Shown here: piece after piece, positions 26,934 to 40,326 of the stretch
How positions within the stretch are numbered: the first letter of the stretch is position 1
Layout of the letters: each line of letters begins with the position of its first letter
Assembly: GCA_041946805.1 (NCBI GenBank)
Contig: JBHGBC010000018.1
Span: forward strand, 1-54,780
From: a bacterium
GTDB lineage: Bacteria; Hinthialibacterota; Hinthialibacteria; Hinthialibacterales; Hinthialibacteraceae
Direction of reading: 5' to 3'
Length of the DNA stretch: 54,780 nucleotides
The notes under the pieces: model-generated
The model's input: the letters and a program-made list of their open reading frames with translations, nothing else
Database searches by the model: none
What the model was told of the DNA's origin: nothing
Program-made: the position numbers and the translations under genes

Positions 26934-28325
26934 TCATTTCCCCGGGGCCGCCGTATCAGTGGGCTTGGGCGGGGGCAGGAATTCCCGCAGGCGGAGCACG
27001 CCGAGAATGTCGCGCTCGAATTCGGGCGTTTCCATCCGCAACTCTTTGCGAAACTGGCGGAAGGTATTAGGGGGATATTTCATCCCGGTTTCCAGATCGA
27101 ACCACTGGTACTGGTAAATCCCTTCCACCGTCCGCATGAGCAGTTGGGCTTTCTCCTTGGCGGGCTTTTTCCGCAGGAACCAAAAAATCCGGTCATATCC
27201 GGCCAGAGACTCCGCCGATAGATAGGTATCCATGGGCGTCATCTCCAGGGGGGCGGTGATCGGCCGGGGCACGCCATCCAGACGGATTTCAGGCAGGAAG
27301 GCGGCGAGCATGTCCAGAAGGCTCAGGTCCGCGTCACCGATCTGCTCGCGCTGGTTGATTAACTGCGGCGACAGAAACATCCCGCCGCCCGCGGCGAAGG
27401 AAGACCAGAACACGTATTGCATGAAGGATTCCCGGTTGCCGCTAGAACCCACCCACAACGGTTCGACAATGAAAACCGGCTTTTTGAAATCCCGGAGGCT
27501 TTGGATAAACCGGGGGACGCTCCGCGCGGCCAGCAGCGGATCTTGCGATTCCACCGGCAGGAGGTTCACCTGAACCTGAGGCAAGTTCAACAGGGTGGTT
27601 GGGTAGGTGTTGGGGAGAAACGAGATGGCGGTCAGGTGGCCCTGATCATCCGCCTCGCGCAAGGCGCTGGCCACGCGCACCACCCAAAAGACAACGCCGT
27701 CCCGGAGTTCGAGTTCCGGCCCCGGATCGAGATCCCATACGTTGGCTCCCCGGGCGATTTCCCAGGCCAGTACATTCCGGGATTTGAACCGGTCCGCCAG
27801 TTGTTGGACGCGCTTCAGGGCCTGGCCCAGGGAGTACGGTTTCGTGAACCATTCGGCGAGGGTTTTGCATTCCCCCCCGTTTTTCAGGTTGGAGGGAGAT
27901 TCGTTCCAGTGTTCGGCCATCCGCTGCGTGTCGAACAAGGCCAGGATCACGTATATCTGGTACTTTTCGGCCAGTGTGAAAATGGCGTCCAGGCGCGTAA
28001 GAATCGCCTCGCCCAGCCGCCCGTCCCGGTTCATATAAGTATTCAGGGGATCGCCAGGCCCAAAGGCGCGGTCGATGACGATCCGCAGCGTGTTGACGTG
28101 ATGGTCCGCCCAGCGCGCGAAAACCGGCTCCATTTCGGCCTCGGTGAGGGATGGGTCCATAAGACCGCTGGCGTTCACCGCCAAGGGATAAAATACCTCT
28201 TCCCCACGGCCCAACATGAAGAAGTTGGACTTATGAATCCCAATCGCGGCCCGGGCGAAAACGGGGGCGTGCACTTCCAGGATCAGCAACCCGGCCATGC
28301 AGAAGACGCGTATCCATCGATTCAA
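26934..28325 (-). CDS. Secreted GH5-like TIM-barrel protein with C-terminal beta domain
   Basis: SD AAGGAGG before TTG at 28325; signal peptide; HVNTLRI, RLDAIFTLAEKYQIYVILALFD, NVLAWEI, DDQGHL, KPVFIVE, YQYQWFD. Confidence 0.7.
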   Translation of the reverse strand: MNRWIRVFCMAGLLILEVHAPVFARAAIGIHKSNFFMLGRGEEVFYPLAVNASGLMDPSLTEAEMEPVFARWADHHVNTLRIVIDRAFGPGDPLNTYMNRDGRLGEAILTRLDAIFTLAEKYQIYVILALFDTQRMAEHWNESPSNLKNGGECKTLAEWFTKPYSLGQALKRVQQLADRFKSRNVLAWEIARGANVWDLDPGPELELRDGVVFWVVRVASALREADDQGHLTAISFLPNTYPTTLLNLPQVQVNLLPVESQDPLLAARSVPRFIQSLRDFKKPVFIVEPLWVGSSGNRESFMQYVFWSSFAAGGGMFLSPQLINQREQIGDADLSLLDMLAAFLPEIRLDGVPRPITAPLEMTPMDTYLSAESLAGYDRIFWFLRKKPAKEKAQLLMRTVEGIYQYQWFDLETGMKYPPNTFRQFRKELRMETPEFERDILGVLRLREFLPPPKPTDTAAPGK

Positions 28326-28350
28326 GACACCGGCCTCCTTTCGCCGACGC

Positions 28351-29340
28351 TCATCCTTTATTCTCCGCCTTCGCCGGAGATTCGGACGGAGGAGCCTCGG
28401 CTTTCGGTTGCATGGATTCCGGCGCCTGGCCGGTGAATACACACTGGATGGTTCGTGCGGTTTTTTGAATGACGTCCTGTTCAAACGAGGTCTTGCTGAT
28501 ATCCATGCTGCCCGTCAGGTGCTCCAACACGTTCTGCTTCGATTCCACCGATAGAATCCGCCCCCGGTCCAGGCTGAACCGGATCCGGCCCTCGCCCTGG
28601 ATGTTGAATTCCTTGAACGCGAACTGCACAACGATATTCTCCAGGTTTCCCCCCATTTTGCTGGAGTCCACGGGGACATCCTTCTCGACGATCCGGATTT
28701 CGCTCTTGATCACCGCCACCTTTTCACCATTTTCCTCTTCCACTTTCTCCAGCGTGTAGGTGATGGCGGCGATCATGGGCCGGGCCGCCGCGGAATAGGG
28801 AATCCGCTGCTGTTCCCGCCACGTATACCCCAGGGGAACCGCTTCCGCCGGGCACTTGAGGTAGGGCATCTGCCGGGTCGTGGCCTTCATCGCCTCTTTC
28901 ATGCGGTTCTCTTTTCCCAATCCGGTCTCCGGCGCTTTTTCTTGCACTTCACCCCGGGAATTGACCTTCATGAACACCGGCTGATCCTTCAGCCCGAATT
29001 TCTCCACCAGGTCCTGCGTGCCGCCGCTCAACATCACGCCGGAGATCATCAGGCGTTCGTACCCGATGCGCAGCTCCGCCCAACCGGACGGGTCCACACT
29101 CTCGGTCTTGAACGAAACCGTGGATTCCATTGTGTGATCGATGGCGGTATCCACCGGTCCCGACTTGGTTTGCTCGGTGGATACTCCCTTATCCGCCACG
29201 ACCAGGCCGAGATAGATGGTTTCCCCGGGATTGAACTTATTTGTCAGGAGATACGTTTCCCCCGATTCCGCCGCCGCCAACATCCCGCCGCCGAGCGCCA
29301 AACCGAAACCAAGCAAGCCAAGCGCGATCTTCCACCGCAT
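28351..29340 (-). CDS. Hypothetical secreted beta-rich protein
   Basis: Signal peptide MRWKIALGLLGFGLALGGGMLAAA; KFNPGE, PAEAVPLGYTW, GEGRIRFSLDRGRI; apparently co-transcribed with the GH5-like gene. Confidence 0.75.
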   Translation of the reverse strand: MRWKIALGLLGFGLALGGGMLAAAESGETYLLTNKFNPGETIYLGLVVADKGVSTEQTKSGPVDTAIDHTMESTVSFKTESVDPSGWAELRIGYERLMISGVMLSGGTQDLVEKFGLKDQPVFMKVNSRGEVQEKAPETGLGKENRMKEAMKATTRQMPYLKCPAEAVPLGYTWREQQRIPYSAAARPMIAAITYTLEKVEEENGEKVAVIKSEIRIVEKDVPVDSSKMGGNLENIVVQFAFKEFNIQGEGRIRFSLDRGRILSVESKQNVLEHLTGSMDISKTSFEQDVIQKTARTIQCVFTGQAPESMQPKAEAPPSESPAKAENKG

Positions 29341-29454
29341 GAGAACCACTCCGTTCAATTATTTGTAAATGGATAGCCCGTTCGCTGCATTCAAAACGTG
29401 ATTGGGGATGGTGCATCGGCATTCCCTTCCGATTCCACCGGTCATCCTCGCCTC

Positions 29455-29490
29455 AATCAGGATGGTCAGGATTTACAAGATGACCTAGAT
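29455..29490 (+). repeat. Repeat family F (AATCAGGATGGTCAGGATTTACAAGATGACCTAGAT)
   Basis: Closely similar to 34850-34885 (AATCAGGATAGTCAGGATGCACAAGATGACCAGGAT); internal CAGGAT periodicity. Confidence 0.75.
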
Positions 29491-29706
29491 TTTGATGGGT
29501 TACGGTTCGCGAATCCATCTACGGCCACGGCTTCCGGCATCATCAAGGAATCATCCTGCCGTCCCTGGTTTCAGCCTATACATGAATAACGATTGAAACC
29601 GGAAACAAGTGATTCCCGGAAGCCATCCCGAAACAAAATGGCCGATGATCCAATCCCCGGTCATTATAGGCGGGGAGCGGCAAGGGCGAAGAGGCGGCGC
29701 GAGGGG

Positions 29707-30117
29707 TTATCCTTCAATCCACCGTTCGCGCCCATCGGCCAGGATTTCCTTTTTCCATAGGGGGGCTTGTTTCTTGATTTCGTCCATGATCCATTCGCAA
29801 GCCCGGAACGCTTCCCGCCGGTGCGCCGAGGCCGCCACGATCAGCACCAGGTTGTCTCCCGGGCGGTGGCGTCCGTAGCGGTGCACGATGGCCGCGTCCA
29901 ACAGGCCGAACCGCTCCAGCGCTTCCCGGCGGATCGCCTCGAATATCTTAGAAGCCATGGATTCATAGACATCCCATTCCACCCATTCCACCAGCGCGCC
30001 GTCCCGGCTGACATCCCGCACGCTGCCCGAAAACGCCACCACCGCCCCCACGGCGGGCCGCTTCAGGGAGTTCACGATTTCGTCCACGGAATAATCATCC
30101 CGCTGGATGCGGATCAT
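29707..30117 (-). CDS. moaE: Molybdopterin synthase catalytic subunit
   Basis: GAVVAFSGSVR, YESMA, IVHRYG, SAHRREAF, IKKQAPLWKKE. Confidence 0.95.
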   Translation of the reverse strand: MIRIQRDDYSVDEIVNSLKRPAVGAVVAFSGSVRDVSRDGALVEWVEWDVYESMASKIFEAIRREALERFGLLDAAIVHRYGRHRPGDNLVLIVAASAHRREAFRACEWIMDEIKKQAPLWKKEILADGRERWIEG

Positions 30118-30362
30118 CGTCCGCCTCCGCTCACAGGGGGGATTAAGGCCAGGACATCCCCCTCCCGCAAGGGGGCGTCTTTCTCCCGGTATTCCTCGTT
30201 GACCGCGGTGTGAATCCGCGCCAACAGATCCCGGACCTCGGGATGGCGCGATCCCAGATGATCCAACGCGTCCTGAACCGTGCCGCCCGGGAGGTCGAGT
30301 TCCAACCGGTTGGTTTTCAGCCGGTCCCGCAGAGACGCGAAAAACAGCAGGGTGATTTTCAT
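30114..30362 (-). CDS. moaD: Molybdopterin synthase sulfur carrier subunit
   Basis: LFFASLRD, AVNEEY, LREGDVLALIPPVSGG; C-terminus reads SGGGR. Confidence 0.93.
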   Translation of the reverse strand: MKITLLFFASLRDRLKTNRLELDLPGGTVQDALDHLGSRHPEVRDLLARIHTAVNEEYREKDAPLREGDVLALIPPVSGGGR

Positions 30363-30409
30363 GATTCACTCATCCAAGGCGGGTGTAATTCGGCCCTTGA
30401 TCACCAGGA

Positions 30410-30862
30410 TTATTCATCTATCGATTCTTTCATCCACCAATCGGACAATTCCCGCCGGGGATCGATCCGCTTCTCGCATTCCTCCAGCCACGCGTTCATT
30501 TCCGCCAGGGGGAACGGCTTGGAGAACAGGCGGCATCCCAACCGTTTGGCGGTTTCCGCCTCCTCAAGGCACCAACTGCTGGACATCAGGGCGATGTTCA
30601 TCATCTTGCAGCCTTTCGATTTCTGGCTTGAGATGAATTCCAATCCGCTCATCACGGCCATTTTCAGATCCGTGATCACGATATCCGAGCAGGCGTTGTT
30701 GAGGGGACAGATGCACTGCCGTGTTTCATACAGGGGACACAGGGAAGGATTGGGGAACGTGAATACCTGATATCCGCGTTCATCCAATATCCGCCATAGC
30801 AGGGAGCGGATTTGCGGATCTTCATCGAACACAATCGCGCGTATATTCATGAATGCCTTCAT
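30410..30862 (-). CDS. Single-domain response regulator receiver with Cys-rich insertion
   Basis: IVFDED acidic pocket, ITDLKMAVMSG phospho-Asp, LMSS, SKPF; the start may instead be 30850. Confidence 0.85.
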   Translation of the reverse strand: MKAFMNIRAIVFDEDPQIRSLLWRILDERGYQVFTFPNPSLCPLYETRQCICPLNNACSDIVITDLKMAVMSGLEFISSQKSKGCKMMNIALMSSSWCLEEAETAKRLGCRLFSKPFPLAEMNAWLEECEKRIDPRRELSDWWMKESIDE

Positions 30863-31076
30863 TCCACATTCAATCGCCAGAATTCGTTGCCTTGCGCGCC
30901 ACCGGCCGGGCGGCCACGGGCCGGAAGAACGAGCCGATGCGTTCCCCTCTCAACCCGGATAAGTCATTGGGATAGTATATACCCTCTTGAGAGAATCAGG
31001 ATTACCTTGATTCGCTCCAGAAAAAAAAGAAGCACATACGATGATCTCAAGAAATTCCATCGAGGCTTAATCGGTA

Positions 31077-31628
31077 ATGGAAACCAAGATCCGCGTCCGC
31101 AAGAGAAATTGGATCCCGTATAAATTCGGCGGCCATATCCCAGCCCTGGAGCCGTTTGATCTGCATCCCGTCACCGATATCCCCATCCGGCTGGCGGTTG
31201 AACAGGGGGTCATCCCCCGGAAACGCGATCTCAACCTCTTCCGCACCCGCGAGGAGTGGAACGGCCATCCGCCGCGCAGCATCGTCATCGCCGCCGCCCT
31301 GGAAGAAGGCCAGCCCTTCGCGGTGTGGATCGGCGGCACCGATTGGGATCCCAACGATCCCCGGGTGACGCAAGCTCCCGTGGTTTTGAAAAGCCATGCA
31401 ATGGAATCCGAAACCGGCGAAGATCCAGAGGAAGCCACAGACAATCATTCAGACATCATGACAAGACGAACAATGACCGGAATCCATCGCCCGCGGAGAG
31501 TGAAATCCGGAAAATCGCGGCCGGAATTCCGGGCCGTTCTCCGGATACAGGACCGCAAACAGACCCGTCGTCACAAAAGACGGGCGGCGTTCCTGCGCGG
31601 CAAGTGGTTCAAACGCCATGACATTTGA
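31077..31628 (+). CDS. Hypothetical protein with acidic linker and very basic C-terminal tail
   Basis: 183-aa ORF with SD-like GAGG upstream; no family recognised. Confidence 0.6.
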   Translation: METKIRVRKRNWIPYKFGGHIPALEPFDLHPVTDIPIRLAVEQGVIPRKRDLNLFRTREEWNGHPPRSIVIAAALEEGQPFAVWIGGTDWDPNDPRVTQAPVVLKSHAMESETGEDPEEATDNHSDIMTRRTMTGIHRPRRVKSGKSRPEFRAVLRIQDRKQTRRHKRRAAFLRGKWFKRHDI

Positions 31629-31755
31629 AACCTCAATATAGCCAAGGTAAAGTAGGTTGAGCATGGCGGAACCCGCCAAACATGATCAAAATCGAATTGC
31701 CGTGGCTCATCCTCCATGGCGTCGAATTAAAGGGAGACACATCGGGTTCCGCTTC

Positions 31756-32105
31756 AGGGGCACGTGGCAACGTGCCCCTGCAAAGTCAGGTGTATGTACA
31801 TTCTTAGGAATGGAGCCGAAACCGGCATACGTCCACGTTTCAAGGTTTCCCCTCACTCTGACCCTCTCCCAGAGGGAGAGGAGATTCCATGGTTCCGTAT
31901 TTCAACGAATCCAGGGCTCATCCCCTAGGTTCGGCTGAGATTTCATACTACATGTATCACCGGACTTCAGCACTGCGATTCAAGCGCCAACGGCGCGCTA
32001 GAAGCGAGTCCAGGGTAACGTCCTGGGAAAAAGGCGGAAAAAGTAATAATTCCCTCTCCCTGTGGGAGAGGGTCAGGGTGAGGGAAGCCCTGAAAGGGCG
32101 GAATG
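31756..32105. repeat. Family C hairpin followed by an inverted doublet of A+B modules (REPIN-like)
   Basis: GGGGCACGTGGCAACGTGCCCC (31757-31778); forward A plus degenerate B (31847-31930); reverse A+B (31983-32105). Confidence 0.8.
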
Positions 32106-32215
32106 CACCTTTTCTTTATAATAGAGTAAACCGTTACGGAAGAACCAAACTGAACCTGAGATATTCTGACAAAATCACTCCCGGCAGAGCGGGAATCCAG
32201 AGAAAGTAATCGGTT

Positions 32216-34771
32216 ATGAATTCAAGTATCCCCCTGACAACATTCCAAACCCTGGCCGAGCTGGTGCGCACGTTTCCCGCGCGGGGCAGCCAGGACGCCT
32301 TGTTGTTGTTCAATGGCTTCCGCGTAATCCGGTATTCCTACGAGGAGATATACGACCTCTCCCGGCGCTGCGCGGCGTATTTTGAGCAATTGGGAATCCC
32401 CAAAGGCGGCCGGGTGTTGATCTGGTCGCCCAGCCGGCCGGAATGGGGCGTGGTCTTTTGCGCTTGCGCCCTCAGCGGCGTGGTGCTGGTTCCCCTGGAC
32501 GCGCGCAACACGGGCGAGTTCGTGCGGCATGTCGCCCAGGCCACGGAAGCCCAACTCATCTTCCATACCCAGTACAAAAAAAATCCCGGCCTGGCGATTC
32601 CCGCCCTGCCGGTCGAATCGCTGTTCAACGTGCTCGGCCACGTATCTCCCTGGGAACGCGAGGTCCCGGTCGCGCCCGAAGATCCCTTCGAAATCGTGTA
32701 CACATCAGGAACGACGGGCAATCCCAAGGGCGTGGTGCTGACTCATAGAAATATTGTGAGCAATCTCGGGGATATTCTGGAATTCATTCCCATCGATTCC
32801 GATTATCATCTCCTTTCACTTCTCCCCCTCAGCCACGCCCTGGAACAAACCGCCGGATTCTGGACTCCCATGGCGGGGGGCGGATCGGTGCTTTATCTTC
32901 AGGTCCTCAAACCTTCCGCCTTGTTCGAGGTGTTTCAACGCGAATCCATCACGGCCATGGTGCTGGTTCCCCGGCTGCTGGAACTGCTGAAACAACACAT
33001 CGAGCAAACCATCCATGAAAAAGGGCTTTCTGGATACTTGAGGCTGGGGATGCGCCTGGCGCCCCATGTTCCGGCTTCGCTACGCAAACTCTATTTCTAT
33101 CCGGTCCACAAACGCTTCAACACCCGGTTTCATCTCTTCGTGTCCGGGGGCGCGGCCCTTCCCCCGGAGGTGGAGCGTTTTTGGAACGCCCTGGGATTCG
33201 TGCTCCTGCAAGGCTATGGACTGACCGAAACCAGCCCCGTGCTGACCGCCACCCGGCCCGGAAAAACCCGGATCGGATCGGTCGGCTTTCCCCTCCGGAG
33301 CGTCTCCCTCCGCCTGGGCCCGGACCGCGAAATCCTCGTGCAAGGCCCCAACGTGTTCTCGGGCTACTACAACAACCCCCAGGCCACCCGCGAGGTCTTC
33401 GAGGAGGGCTGGTTCAAAACCGGCGACGTGGGCGAACTGGACGATGACGGCTATCTTTACATCCGCAGCCGGAAAAAAGACATCATCGTCACCAGCGACG
33501 GCATCAACGTATATCCCGAAGACATCGAGCAGGCGCTGGCGCGGCATCCGGCGGTGAAGGAAACCTGCGTCCTGGGCTTGGGCGCGCACGAGGATAAAGT
33601 ACATGCCGTTTTGCTGCTGAAACCCGGGGCTTCCGATCCGCGGAAAATTATCCAGGAAGTCAACGCCCAACTGCCGCCCGAACAGCAGATCGAGTCCTGG
33701 AATCTCTGGCCCCGTGACGATTTCCCCAAAACCACTACGCTCAAGATCAAGAAAAACGAGGTCCGTAAACAAATCCGCACGGACGCGCCCGCCCCGGCCG
33801 CCGAGAAGGCCATTGAAGGCACCACGCTGGAAAAAATACTGTCCGACCTCTCCAACCTGCCGGTCCAGGATCTGAAATCCGAATCCAAACTGGGACAGGA
33901 TTTAGGCTTGAGTTCGATCGACCGGGTCGATTTGATCGCCCGGCTGGAAGAGGAGTTTCGTCTCGACATCGACGACAACCAGGTCACGGCCGAGACCACC
34001 GTCAGCGAACTGGACCGGTTGGTCAATTCACGGAACAGCCATCCGGCCGTTCTCCATTTCCGCCGCTGGACCCGTTCCCGTCCCTGCCAGGCGGTCCGAT
34101 GGCTGTTTCAGCACGTCATCCTGCGTCCCGCGCTGCGTTATGCCTGCCAAATCCGTTGCCTCGGCCGCGAAAACGCCGAGGGTCTGGAGGGGCCTTTCCT
34201 GATTGTGGCCAATCACACCAGCCACCTGGACGTCGCCTTGGTCCAGACCCTGTTGCCTCCGGCGCTCGCCCGCAAAACCTGTCCCGCCGCGTGGAAGGAA
34301 TATTTCGATTTGGAAGGCCAACCGCTCCATAAGAAATTCGGCAAATGGCTGGCCTGGCAAATCGCCACGATCGGTTTCAACATTTTCCCCTTCCCCCAGT
34401 ATTCCGGATTCCGCCAAAGCATGGCTTATGCCGGCGAGTTGTGCGACGCGGGATGGAGTATTCTTTTTTTCCCGGAGGGGGAACGCTCCCAGGACGGCCG
34501 CTGGGCCCCGTTCCGCGAGGGAACCGGCATCCTGGTGAAAAGCCTGCAAGTCCCCCTGCTGCCCATCGCCATCCAGGGCGGCGAAAAGATCCTCCCCCGG
34601 GGCGCGGCCTGGCCGAAACGGGGGACTGTCCAGGTCGCCATCGGCCGGCCGTTTACGGTTTCAGAGGGATCGCCCGCCGAGATCACGCGGCGCGTCGAGG
34701 AGGAGATCCGCGCGTTGTGGCGGCGGTTGGAAGAAACCCGGGAGGGCGAACCTCCGGGTGAACCGCGATGA
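32216..34771 (+). CDS. Acyl-AMP/CoA ligase - acyl carrier - PlsC acyltransferase fusion
   Basis: YTSGTTGNPKG, GYGLTE, FKTGD, KTTTLK (adenylation domain); DLGLSSID (phosphopantetheine Ser); NHTSHLD and FFPEGER (acyltransferase). Confidence 0.92.
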   Translation: MNSSIPLTTFQTLAELVRTFPARGSQDALLLFNGFRVIRYSYEEIYDLSRRCAAYFEQLGIPKGGRVLIWSPSRPEWGVVFCACALSGVVLVPLDARNTGEFVRHVAQATEAQLIFHTQYKKNPGLAIPALPVESLFNVLGHVSPWEREVPVAPEDPFEIVYTSGTTGNPKGVVLTHRNIVSNLGDILEFIPIDSDYHLLSLLPLSHALEQTAGFWTPMAGGGSVLYLQVLKPSALFEVFQRESITAMVLVPRLLELLKQHIEQTIHEKGLSGYLRLGMRLAPHVPASLRKLYFYPVHKRFNTRFHLFVSGGAALPPEVERFWNALGFVLLQGYGLTETSPVLTATRPGKTRIGSVGFPLRSVSLRLGPDREILVQGPNVFSGYYNNPQATREVFEEGWFKTGDVGELDDDGYLYIRSRKKDIIVTSDGINVYPEDIEQALARHPAVKETCVLGLGAHEDKVHAVLLLKPGASDPRKIIQEVNAQLPPEQQIESWNLWPRDDFPKTTTLKIKKNEVRKQIRTDAPAPAAEKAIEGTTLEKILSDLSNLPVQDLKSESKLGQDLGLSSIDRVDLIARLEEEFRLDIDDNQVTAETTVSELDRLVNSRNSHPAVLHFRRWTRSRPCQAVRWLFQHVILRPALRYACQIRCLGRENAEGLEGPFLIVANHTSHLDVALVQTLLPPALARKTCPAAWKEYFDLEGQPLHKKFGKWLAWQIATIGFNIFPFPQYSGFRQSMAYAGELCDAGWSILFFPEGERSQDGRWAPFREGTGILVKSLQVPLLPIAIQGGEKILPRGAAWPKRGTVQVAIGRPFTVSEGSPAEITRRVEEEIRALWRRLEETREGEPPGEPR

Positions 34772-34849
34772 ACCGGGAGGTTCTCGCTTAAACGCGCCCC
34801 GGCGGAACCCGCGTTCTCCCATTGGTTCATCTAGGGTGTTTTTTGTCTG

Positions 34850-35228
34850 AATCAGGATAGTCAGGATGCACAAGATGACCAGGATGGGGGTGGGTGCGAG
34901 GTTTGAATTACAATGGGCGCGGATAGGGACGTGGATTTTACAGTGAAAAGCCAGCGGACGTAAAGGCGTTGCCCAGGATTGAGACCCTGGGCTGCCGTAG
35001 GCGGTCCCTTAAAAGGGGGAGAGATGAACAGCAGGGACCTATGCACGGTTTGTGGGGTGAAAACGTAGTGTAAAAGTATTCCCTCACCCTGGCGCTCTTG
35101 CGGAGGGAGAGGGGATAGGTTATCGGTTTTGATAATAATTATCGCAGGTATGATGCCAAAAGGATTGGATAAATTATAAAAGAAGTATGGCTCGCTAATT
35201 GTAGGGGAACGTTGCAGCGCGCCCCTGC
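34850..35228 (+). repeat. Intergenic mosaic of repeat families F, B, A and C
   Basis: F 34850-34885; B 34969-35018; A 35079-35114; C TGTAGGGGAACGTTGCAGCGCGCCCCTGC 35200-35228. Confidence 0.8.
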
Positions 35229-35432
35229 TTCCTCTCCACCGGTGGCTGGGCAGGGCGATGCAACACACGCACCCCCATCCGCAAAGTCTCCTTTCCATAC
35301 CCAAGATAGTTATCCTAATAACCATCTATAATGGAATTGGTTCCAGTATTATGGTAAAGAATCTGGGATGATTGATGGATATTCAATAGAGCATTCGGCC
35401 GCACAATCCTAAAAAAAGGTGAAGATTCATCC

Positions 35433-35460
35433 TAGACGAGGCGGGAATCCCTGTTATAAT
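35433..35460 (+). promoter_or_regulatory. Candidate gltBD promoter TAGACG-N16-TATAAT with extended -10 (TGnTATAAT)
   Basis: Perfect extended -10 in an AT-rich region 285 nt upstream of gltB. Confidence 0.55.
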
Positions 35461-35745
35461 TTCTTTTCACTTTCGATTTATTGCCGGGTATAATGGAAAC
35501 AGAATGCCAATTGATAGGAAACCCGTTAGATTATTTATCCTGTAATTTCTGAAGAGATTCACCCCAGGGAAGCCGGATAAACGATACAATAATCTATGGT
35601 ATTGTTTTCGAATCCGCGGTATGACGGGCGCCGCTCTCCCGAAGCACGGGATCTCCAGCACGGAATACGATAGGAATTCTAAACTCCAACCGCGGCCTCA
35701 TTAAGGAAACGGACAGGCCAATCTGTACCGAAAAAGGCGGATACC

Positions 35746-40323
<4,578 letters not shown>

Positions 40324-40326
40324 ATC

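Noticed and set aside
29707..30369. 220-aa ORF suggesting a MoaD-MoaE fusion
   Set aside because: Its N-terminal part is out of frame with MoaD; the real genes are separate with an ATGA overlap
31657..32209. ORFs translated through the repeats (e.g. PLTLTLSQRER, SLSLWERVRVR; also 8311, 34861, 48173, 49868, 50771)
   Set aside because: These peptides are translations of the non-coding palindromic repeat families
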